Source: Candidatus Limnocylindria bacterium (GTDB lineage Bacteria > Chloroflexota > Limnocylindria > QHBO01). From it: DNA of 62,826 nucleotides. Position 1 is the first letter of the stretch. Each line of letters starts with the position of its first letter. Positions 9,448 to 16,603 of this stretch are shown in pieces. Under the pieces are notes generated by a model. It worked only from the letters and a program-made list of their open reading frames with translations. It ran no database searches and had not been told where the DNA came from. The DNA is taken from contig DASSNX010000112.1 in the NCBI GenBank assembly GCA_035701185.1, positions 1 to 62,826 on the forward strand. Direction: 5' to 3'. The position numbers and the translations under genes were made by a program.

Positions 9448-10585
9448 CGTCGCGGTCCGTGACCTGGCGCCGGCCGACCTCGAGTGGGCCCGGGCACTCG
9501 TCGCGCGGCACCAGGGCGGCACGCACCTGGTCGCGCGCCTGGGCGAGCTCCTGGATCCGACGACGATGGAGGGCCTGGTGGCCGAGGCCGATGGTCGACC
9601 GGTTGGCCTGGCCAGCGTGCTGGAGACGGCGGATCTCGGCCTGGAGGTCGCGCTGCTCGTCGCCGAGCCACGTGGCGCCGGCGTGGGCTCTGCGCTGCTC
9701 GAGACAGCGCGACAGGTGGCGGTGGCCAGCGGGCACCATCGGCTCTGGCTGGTGACCACCAATGACAATCTCGAGGCCATTCACTTCTACCTGCGGCGCG
9801 GCATGCGGGTTGCCGCCGTCCACGACGGCGCGGTGACGGTCGATCGCCTGCTGAAGCCGGAGATTCCGGAGCGCAACGCCGATAACGGCCTGCTGGTCGA
9901 GGACCTGGTGGAGTTCGAGCTCCGTGACAAGGCCCTGCAGCAGCCGATGAGCCGCCACGAATTCCCGCTGGCCGAGGACCTCGACCGGTTGCCGGCCGAG
10001 GCGTTCGTCGCCGAGCTGATGCCGCTTTTCGAGGGTGGCGGCCGCTTCCTGGCCAGGCTGGCCGGCGCACGCCCGTTCGGCACGGACGAGGGCCTGCTGG
10101 CCGCGGCCTTCGAGGCCGCCCGCGGGGCGAGCGAGGAGGAGCGGATCGAGCTGATCGAGGCGCATCCGCGGATCGGCGCCGATCCCGAGACAGTGTCGGC
10201 GCTGTCCTACGCCGAGCAGGGCTATGCCGCGGAGCGCGGCCATGCCGCCGAGCGGGGTCACGCCGCGGACGTCGCGACCATGGACGGCGAGGAGGAGAGC
10301 CTGCTCTCGGACGCGGAGCTGGCCGAGGAGGCCGCGGCGCGGCGTCGGAACGAGCTGGCCCGGGCCTACGAGGAGCTGCAGATGCTCAACCAGCTGTACG
10401 AGCAGCGGTTCGGGTTCCGGTACGTGGTCTTCGTGGCGGGACGGCCGAAGACGGAGATCGTCCCGCTGCTCGAGCGTGCGCTGCACGAAGACCGGGACGC
10501 GGAGCTGCGGCGAGCCGTCGACGACGCGATCTACATCGCCGGGGATCGGCTGCGAAAGCTGCGCGGCCTCGGCACGGAGGAGTGA
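9422..10585 (+). CDS. uraD: GNAT acetyltransferase domain fused to OHCU (2-oxo-4-hydroxy-4-carboxy-5-ureidoimidazoline) decarboxylase
   Basis: The N-terminal ~150 aa carry the GNAT core (VALLVAEPRGAGVGSALLE...LWLVTTNDNLEAIHFYLRRGM). The C-terminal part carries the OHCU decarboxylase blocks (FVAELMPLFEG, IEAHPRIGA, YEQRFGFRYVVFVAGR). Its stop overlaps the uricase start (ATGA). Confidence 0.8.
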   Translation: MSSVTRAADVAVRDLAPADLEWARALVARHQGGTHLVARLGELLDPTTMEGLVAEADGRPVGLASVLETADLGLEVALLVAEPRGAGVGSALLETARQVAVASGHHRLWLVTTNDNLEAIHFYLRRGMRVAAVHDGAVTVDRLLKPEIPERNADNGLLVEDLVEFELRDKALQQPMSRHEFPLAEDLDRLPAEAFVAELMPLFEGGGRFLARLAGARPFGTDEGLLAAAFEAARGASEEERIELIEAHPRIGADPETVSALSYAEQGYAAERGHAAERGHAADVATMDGEEESLLSDAELAEEAAARRRNELARAYEELQMLNQLYEQRFGFRYVVFVAGRPKTEIVPLLERALHEDRDAELRRAVDDAIYIAGDRLRKLRGLGTEE

Positions 10586-11514
10586 TGGACTACGAGATCC
10601 ACTACGGCAAGGCCGACGTCAAGGTCTACCGCACCTATGGGACCCCGCTGACCGGCGTGACGCCGATCCCCGAGTCGCCGTTCACGGGCCGCGACAACAC
10701 CCTGATGGCCGCCCAGATCGAGGTGGTGGTGCGCGGCGAGGTGTTCCTGGACGCGTACACCAAGGGCGACAACCGGCTGGTGGTCGCGACCGACACGATG
10801 AAGAACTTCATCCACGCTGCCTCCCTCGACTGCCCGGCCTCGACGCTCGAAGGATGGCTGCACCACGTCGGCAGCCGCTTCCTGGAGACGTATCCGCACA
10901 TGGAGCGGCTGACCATGCTCGGTCACGCCCTGCCGTTCCCGGCCGCCATCGTGCCTGCCGACGACGGTGACGGCTTTGCCGCCTCGGATCGCCTCTTCGC
11001 CCGCGACCGCAACGACCAGTCCACTGCCCGCCTGGAGCTGGAGCGCGACGGCGGTGGCGGCATCGTGGTGACCGGCCATGCCTGCGGCCGCACCGGCATC
11101 CAGCTGATCAAGATCACGGGCAGCGCCTTCGCCGACTTCGCGCGCGACGAGCACACCACCCTCCCCGAGCGCCGGGACCGTCCGCTCTACATCTGGACCG
11201 ACATCGGCTGGCGCTATGCCGATGACGCCGACGCACTCGGCGCCGATCCCTCCCGCTACGTGGACGGCGACCAGGTGGCCGACCTGGCCGCATCGGTCTT
11301 CCATTCGTTCGTGAGCCTCTCGATCCAGCACCTGGTCAACGAGATCGGCACCCGCATGCTGGAGCGCTGGCCGCAGCTGGCCGAGGTCAGCTTCGAGGCG
11401 ACGAACCGGCTGTGGGACACCGGCGCGACCAGCGCCGACGACGAGCGGGTCAGGACCTACGCCGACCCGCGACCGCCGTTCGGACGGATCGGCCTCGTCA
11501 TGCGGCGATCCTGA
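10582..11514 (+). CDS. uox: factor-independent urate oxidase (uricase)
   Basis: 310 aa. MDYEIHYGKADVKVYRTY, VATDTMKNFI and two tunnelling-fold halves. Lies directly after uraH and uraD. Confidence 0.85.
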   Translation: MMDYEIHYGKADVKVYRTYGTPLTGVTPIPESPFTGRDNTLMAAQIEVVVRGEVFLDAYTKGDNRLVVATDTMKNFIHAASLDCPASTLEGWLHHVGSRFLETYPHMERLTMLGHALPFPAAIVPADDGDGFAASDRLFARDRNDQSTARLELERDGGGGIVVTGHACGRTGIQLIKITGSAFADFARDEHTTLPERRDRPLYIWTDIGWRYADDADALGADPSRYVDGDQVADLAASVFHSFVSLSIQHLVNEIGTRMLERWPQLAEVSFEATNRLWDTGATSADDERVRTYADPRPPFGRIGLVMRRS

Positions 11515-11521
11515 GGCTCCC

Positions 11522-12292
11522 GTGGCGACAGTCCCCCTGTCGGCCGACGAGGAGCAGGCCTTCCGCTTCTCGGCCATCGCCCACGGCGAGATGGCGATCT
11601 GGAACCCGCTGTCCGGCTCCACCCTGAACGAAGCGATCGAGGAGCTGCGGCTGGCGGCCGGGGCGCGGGTGCTGGACCTGGGCTGCGGTCGTGGCGAAGC
11701 CCTGCGTCGCGTGGTGGAGCGCTACGACGCGCACGGCGTGGGCGTCGACCTCTCGCCATTCGCGCTGGCCCAGGCGCGCGCGGCCTCGATGGAGCTCAAG
11801 CACGGCACGCTCGAGCTGGTGGAGGCCGATGCCCTGGCCTACGTTCCTGACGCGGCCTTCGACGCGGTGCTGGCCCTTGGCCCCGGCTGGGAGCGCGCCT
11901 CGTTCCAGGCGCTGATCCAGCAGCTGTACGGCCTGGTCGCGCCGGGCGGCTTGCTGCTGGTGGCCGATGGCTACTGGCGCACCGAGCCGACCGAGGCGTA
12001 CCTCGCCCTCCTGGGCGCGGCGCGGCAGGAGATGGGCACCCATGCGGAGCACATCCGCCAGGCGATCGAGCTGGGCCTGACACCGCTGTGGGCGGCCACC
12101 GCCACCACCCGCGACTGGGATCGCTACGAGTGGCGCTACCTGGGCAGCGTCGAGCGCTGGGCTGCCGCGCATCCCGCCGACCCACAGCACGACGAGTTCC
12201 TGCGCCGGGCGCGAGCGGGACGCGACCGCTATCTCGCCGGCGGCCGGGAGCAGCTCGGATTCGGGATCTACCTCTTCCGGATTGCCGGCTAG
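11522..12292 (+). CDS. class I SAM-dependent methyltransferase
   Basis: ARVLDLGCGRGEAL (motif I) and GGLLLVADGYW. Confidence 0.75.
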   Translation: MATVPLSADEEQAFRFSAIAHGEMAIWNPLSGSTLNEAIEELRLAAGARVLDLGCGRGEALRRVVERYDAHGVGVDLSPFALAQARAASMELKHGTLELVEADALAYVPDAAFDAVLALGPGWERASFQALIQQLYGLVAPGGLLLVADGYWRTEPTEAYLALLGAARQEMGTHAEHIRQAIELGLTPLWAATATTRDWDRYEWRYLGSVERWAAAHPADPQHDEFLRRARAGRDRYLAGGREQLGFGIYLFRIAG

Positions 12293-12756
12293 CGGGGCGG
12301 CGGAAGGGTCAGCCGCATGCGCGGCAACGTTCGGCCTTCCACGGCAGCCGACGGCGAGCGGCCGATCTCCTCGCCACCCATGGCGCGATAGAAGCCCTCG
12401 GCGTAGGGGTCGGCGTCCCATTCGAGGCGCGTGGCTCCGTGCGCGCGGGCGATCCCCACGGCGTGCTCGAACAGCACGCGGCCCATCCCGGTCCCGATCC
12501 AGGCGGGTTCCAGCCACAGGTCCTCAAGCTCGGCCCGTGGGCCGTGCAGGGTGACCCGGTGCCAGCCGATCGGCTGATCGTCGGCCTCCAGCACCCAGAC
12601 GTCGGACGCCTCGATGTCCCGGGCGTCGAGCTCAAGGAGCGGTCGCACGGCGTCCAGGAAGGCCTGGTCATAGGGCCAGTGCGCCTTCGACCGATGAGCC
12701 AGGGCCCGCAGCGCATCGGCCTCCTCTGGGCGGGCGCGGCGGATGTGCCGGGTCAC
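12289..12756 (-). CDS. GNAT family N-acetyltransferase
   Basis: Track ORF 12289..13131 trimmed to the GTG at 12756, which overlaps the upstream stop as GTGA. LEDLWLEPAWIGTGMGRVLFEHA...GFYRAMG is a GNAT core. Confidence 0.75.
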   Translation of the reverse strand: MTRHIRRARPEEADALRALAHRSKAHWPYDQAFLDAVRPLLELDARDIEASDVWVLEADDQPIGWHRVTLHGPRAELEDLWLEPAWIGTGMGRVLFEHAVGIARAHGATRLEWDADPYAEGFYRAMGGEEIGRSPSAAVEGRTLPRMRLTLPPPR

Positions 12757-13199
12757 GCCTCGAGCAGCGCGGGCAGGTCGATCGCCGGGCAGCGGTCCAT
12801 CACCACCAGCAGCCCGGCGGCAGCCGCTCGCTCGGCGGCGGCCTCGTCCCACACGCCGAGCTGCAGCCAGACGGCCTTGGCGCCAATGGCAATCGCCTCG
12901 TCGACGTGGGCGCCGGCGCGGTGCGAGGCACGGAAGATGTCGACCACCTCGATGGGCGTGTCGGGCGGCCGCTGGGCCGCGGCGGTGGCGACGTCGGGCA
13001 CCGTCCGGATGCCGTGGATCTCGGTGTCGCGCGGGTAGATGGGGATCATCTCGTAGCCGTAACGCATCAGCGTCCGCGAGACGCCGTGGCTGGCGCGCAT
13101 CGGGTCCGGTGAGCAGCCCACGACCGCCCACACGCGGAACTCCTCCAGGATGCGGCGCGCGACGTCCGGGTTGGACCAGCGGTCCCGTTGCTCGAGCAT
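12753..13199 (-). CDS. CoA-binding protein (YccU/YneT-like)
   Basis: WAVVGCSPDPMRASHGV...GYEMIPIYP....VDIFR...AKAVWLQLGV is the CoA_binding_2 pattern. Confidence 0.75.
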   Translation of the reverse strand: MLEQRDRWSNPDVARRILEEFRVWAVVGCSPDPMRASHGVSRTLMRYGYEMIPIYPRDTEIHGIRTVPDVATAAAQRPPDTPIEVVDIFRASHRAGAHVDEAIAIGAKAVWLQLGVWDEAAAERAAAAGLLVVMDRCPAIDLPALLEA

Positions 13200-13202
13200 C
13201 GC

Positions 13203-13778
13203 CTAGCGGGACCTCGCCAGCTCCTGGAGCGCGGCCTTGATGCGCGCGTCCAGCCCGCCGTCCGCACCGGCCACGCTGCCCGCCGCGCGCCGCGCCTCGG
13301 TGGCGGTGTAGCCCAGCGACTCGAGCGCCGCCACCACATCGGAGTCGCTCGTGTCGCCCGGCCCGACCGCCACGCCGGCCGCGTGCATCTTCTCCCTGAG
13401 CTCGAGTGCGATGCGCTGCGCGGTCTTGCGTCCGACGCCACTGACCGATGTCAGCAGGTCCAGGTCGCCGGTGACGATGGCCAGCTGGAGCCGCGTGACG
13501 GCGTGCGCGCCGACGATCGCCAACGCCAGCCGCGGCCCGACGCCACTGACCGTCATCAACAGCTCGAAGAAGGCCAGCTCCTCCGGCGAGTCGAAGCCGA
13601 ACAGTGCCTGCTGGTCCTCACGCACCAGGTGGTGGACGAAGAAGTGCGCCTCGCGCTCCGGCCGGAGGCGGGCCATGATCTTCGGCGCGACGGTGACCCG
13701 ATATCCCACGCCGCCCAGCTCGACGATCGCGTAGTCGGGACCGAGATGGGTCACCGGGCCGCGCAGCGAACCGATCAC
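13203..13778 (-). CDS. ruvA: Holliday junction branch migration complex subunit RuvA
   Basis: MIGSLRGPV......VELGGVGYRV, LFGF....E...F..L..VSGVGPRLAL and VSGVGRKTAQRI. Confidence 0.92.
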   Translation of the reverse strand: MIGSLRGPVTHLGPDYAIVELGGVGYRVTVAPKIMARLRPEREAHFFVHHLVREDQQALFGFDSPEELAFFELLMTVSGVGPRLALAIVGAHAVTRLQLAIVTGDLDLLTSVSGVGRKTAQRIALELREKMHAAGVAVGPGDTSDSDVVAALESLGYTATEARRAAGSVAGADGGLDARIKAALQELARSR

Positions 13779-14296
13779 GTGGCGGCTGCCAGCCGGGTTG
13801 CCACCGCAGCGCGGTAGGCGGAGCCGATGGCCACCGCCAGCGCGTCGGTGGCGTCGTCCGGCACGCCATCCAGCGAAACCGCCAGCAGCCGGGCCACCAT
13901 GGTCGCCACCTGCTGCTTGTCCGCGGCGCCGTTGCCGCAGACCGCCTGCTTGACCTCGTTCGGGGTGGGCTCGTCGACGGGCAGCTGAGCCTCGGCCGCG
14001 ACCAGCAGGGCGACGCCGCGCGCCTGGCCCACGGCCATCGCGGTCTGCACGTTGCGCTGGAAGAAGAGGCGCTCGACGCCTACCCGCTCCGGCCGGTGCT
14101 CGGCGATCAGGGCAGCCAGGGCGACATGCAGCTGCCGCAGGCGGGAGGCATCGGTCTCGTCGACCGGCGTGCGGATGACGCCGGCGTCAACCAGCTGCAG
14201 CCTGCCGTCAACCAGGGAGATGACGCCAAAGCCACAGGTCGCGGTGCCCGGATCGATGCCCAGCGCGATCACGCGCGCATGGTAGGCCGCCGCCAC
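13775..14296 (-). CDS. ruvC: crossover junction endodeoxyribonuclease RuvC
   Basis: VIALGIDPGTATCGFGVI and ERLFFQRNVQTA... Overlaps the ruvA start by 4 nt. An alternative GTG start lies at 14272. Confidence 0.9.
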   Translation of the reverse strand: MAAAYHARVIALGIDPGTATCGFGVISLVDGRLQLVDAGVIRTPVDETDASRLRQLHVALAALIAEHRPERVGVERLFFQRNVQTAMAVGQARGVALLVAAEAQLPVDEPTPNEVKQAVCGNGAADKQQVATMVARLLAVSLDGVPDDATDALAVAIGSAYRAAVATRLAAAT

Positions 14297-14311
14297 CGGC
14301 CGCGAGGGCCG

Positions 14312-15070
14312 TCAGGCGACGGTCGCCTCGAGCTGCTCCATCAGGGCGTCGGGGATGTCGAAGTTGGCGAACACGTTCTGGACGTCATCCAGGTCCTCCA
14401 GGCGCTCCATGAAGGTCAGCACCCCGCGCGCGCCCTTCTCGTCGCTGATCTCCACCCGCGTGGTCGGCTCCATCGACAGCTCCGCAGAGTCGGCCTCGTA
14501 GCCGGCATCGGCGAGGGCAGCCCGCACCCGCTCGAGGTCCGCCGGGTCGGTGGTGACCAGGATGGCGCCGCCCTCCGGTGAGCCGACGTCCACCGCCCCG
14601 GCATCAATGGCCGCCAGGGTGACCTCGTCCGGGTCCTGCCCGTTCAGCGGCACGCTGATGACGCCGCGCTGTTCGAACTGCCAGGCCACCGGCGTCAACG
14701 AGCCGCCGGACTTGGTGAAGATCGAGCGGATCTCCGACGCGGTGCGGTTGCGGTTGTCGGTCATGGTCGCCACGATCACCGCCACGTTCGACGGGCCGAG
14801 GCCCTCGTAGGTGATCTCCTCGTACTGCTCGGCGTCGGCGCCGGCGCCGGTGGCCCGCTCGATCGCCCGTTTGATGTTCTCCTGCGGCATCGAGCTGGCC
14901 CGTGCCTTGTCGACCGCCATGCGCAGGCGGTAGTTGCCATCCACGTCTCCCCCACCCTGCCGCGCGGCGGTGATGATCTCGCGCGTCAGCTTCGTGAACA
15001 GCGCTCCGCGCTTGGCGTCATTGGCGCCCTTCTGTCGCTTGATCTGCGACCACTTGCTGTGGCCGGACAT
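14312..15070 (-). CDS. YebC/PmpR family DNA-binding transcriptional regulator
   Basis: Trimmed to the ATG at 15070. MSGHSKWSQIKRQKGANDAKRGALFTKL is the invariant YebC N-terminus. A GAAGGAGG SD lies upstream. Confidence 0.92.
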   Translation of the reverse strand: MSGHSKWSQIKRQKGANDAKRGALFTKLTREIITAARQGGGDVDGNYRLRMAVDKARASSMPQENIKRAIERATGAGADAEQYEEITYEGLGPSNVAVIVATMTDNRNRTASEIRSIFTKSGGSLTPVAWQFEQRGVISVPLNGQDPDEVTLAAIDAGAVDVGSPEGGAILVTTDPADLERVRAALADAGYEADSAELSMEPTTRVEISDEKGARGVLTFMERLEDLDDVQNVFANFDIPDALMEQLEATVA

Positions 15071-15150
15071 CGGTCCTCCTTCACCTTGCCAGACCGATGC
15101 GACCGATGGGCGCAGCCGGACGGCGTCGTGCAACCGCTGGAACGGCTGAG

Positions 15151-15159
15151 ATTCTACCA
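15151..15159 (-). promoter_or_regulatory. extended -10 element (TGgTAGAAT) upstream of yebC
   Basis: The minus strand reads TGGTAGAAT at 15159..15151, in the 90-nt gap between the MBL stop and the yebC ATG. No good -35. Confidence 0.4.
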
Positions 15160-15160
15160 A

Positions 15161-16003
15161 TCAGCCGGTGGCGACCTCCAGCTGAGCCCCCTCCTGTCCG
15201 GGCACGACCTGGACCGATGGTGCCCGCTCGCCGAGGTCGGCCGTCATCGCGTCCAGCTGCGCATCGCCATGCCCCGGGTCGTGATGGAACGGCATCAGCT
15301 GCCGGACCTCGGCCAGCGTCGCGAGAGCGGCGAGCTGGCCCACGCCCGTGTGCCCCCAGCCGATGTGCTCGGGGTATTCCTCGTCGGTGTACTGGGCATC
15401 GTGGATCAGCAGGTCGGCGTGGCGGATCAGGGCGTAGCCCGACGTCCATTCCCCTGAGCCCGGGAAATGCCGATGACCGAGTGCCGGCTCGTGGTCGGGC
15501 AGGTACGCCAGGCACGAGCCGTTGGGGTCGGTGACGCGGTAGCCGACCGTGGCCCCGGGATGGCAGATCCGGTCGGCCCGCACCCGCAGGCTGCCGATGC
15601 GGAAGTAGTGCCGCGCGTCGTGCAGCTCGGGCAGGCGCGGCATGTCGCGCAGCCGGACCGGGAAGAGCGGCGGTGAGAGGTATCGGCTCACGCGGGAGTG
15701 CAGCGACATCGTCGTGGACGGCGGGCCCCAGATGTGGATCTCGATGTCGTCGCGGAAGATCGGCCCGAAGAAGCCGAGCCCCTGCAGATGATCCATGTGC
15801 AGGTGGGTCACCAGGATGTCGAGCCGCTTCAGGTCGGGGGGCAGCGTCAGGCCCAGCGGCCGAATGCCGGTGCCGGCGTCCAGGATGACGTACTCGCCCT
15901 CCGAGCCGGTCACCAGCACCGACGAGGTGTTGCCGCCGTAACGCAGCGTGTCGGTGCCGGGGGCCGCCAGCGAGCCGCGCGTCCCCCACACCTGGACCTT
16001 CAC
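15161..16003 (-). CDS. MBL-fold metallo-hydrolase
   Basis: VWGTRGS....GGNTSSVLV and ILVTHLHMDHLQGLGFF (HxHxDH). The GTG start overlaps the PAS gene stop (GTGA). Confidence 0.75.
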   Translation of the reverse strand: MKVQVWGTRGSLAAPGTDTLRYGGNTSSVLVTGSEGEYVILDAGTGIRPLGLTLPPDLKRLDILVTHLHMDHLQGLGFFGPIFRDDIEIHIWGPPSTTMSLHSRVSRYLSPPLFPVRLRDMPRLPELHDARHYFRIGSLRVRADRICHPGATVGYRVTDPNGSCLAYLPDHEPALGHRHFPGSGEWTSGYALIRHADLLIHDAQYTDEEYPEHIGWGHTGVGQLAALATLAEVRQLMPFHHDPGHGDAQLDAMTADLGERAPSVQVVPGQEGAQLEVATG

Positions 16004-16398
16004 CGCGTGCCGTCTTCCCAGAAGATGGCGACCGCGCCGAGAAGCTCCCCGCCACCGCCGATGAGCGGGATGCTGGTCACCACGATCGGCAGCTTTGCGC
16101 CGTCCGGCCGCTGGTAGACGAGCGACGTGTGGTGGGGGCGGCTCTCGCGGAGTGCGGTCACCACCGGGAACTCCTCGGCGGGCAACCGCTCACCGGTGGT
16201 CGCGTTGAAGAGCTGATAGGTGGTGGCCCACTCGTCGAGCGGGATCTCCAGCGCCTCGTCGAAGCGGTAGCCGAGCAGCGCCTCGGCGGGCTCGTTGTAG
16301 AAGAGCAGCTCCCCCTCGGGACCGACCAGGAACATGGGGGTGACGAGGTAGCTGGCCAGCTGTCGCGTCAGGATGAGCTCGATCGGTTGCTGCGCCAT
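16000..16398 (-). CDS. small stand-alone PAS-domain protein
   Basis: Trimmed to the ATG at 16398 (MAQQPIELILTRQLASYL). ..FLVGPEGELLFYNEPAEALLGY.... has a PAS-like fold pattern in 132 aa. Confidence 0.6.
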   Translation of the reverse strand: MAQQPIELILTRQLASYLVTPMFLVGPEGELLFYNEPAEALLGYRFDEALEIPLDEWATTYQLFNATTGERLPAEEFPVVTALRESRPHHTSLVYQRPDGAKLPIVVTSIPLIGGGGELLGAVAIFWEDGTR

Positions 16399-16510
16399 CG
16401 GCCTCCTCCGAGTGCTGCAACGCCGTCGGGTCCGATGATGCACACCAAACGGTCGCTTGGCGATACCCCGCGGACGATTTGTCCTTGCCGGACGCCCACC
16501 GGGGACTACC

Positions 16511-16516
16511 TATAAT
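16511..16516 (+). promoter_or_regulatory. candidate -10 box (TATAAT) upstream of EF-G
   Basis: A perfect TATAAT lies in the 205-nt divergent intergenic region, 88 nt before the EF-G ATG. The nearest TTGCCG is 20 nt upstream, so spacing is poor. Confidence 0.3.
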
Positions 16517-16603
16517 GGCCACCCACCCTGGCCAATCGACGTCCGCCGAGCCGGCCATCGGCTCTGGCGCATGCGCATCCGCATGACCTGCTGAGGAGCC
16601 CCG

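Noticed and set aside
10226-10261. An 18-nt imperfect tandem duplication (AERGHA x2) inside uraD, considered as a standalone repeat feature.
   Set aside because: It has only two units, is in frame, and lies inside a linker. It is most simply a slippage duplication, and is mentioned under the fusion finding only.
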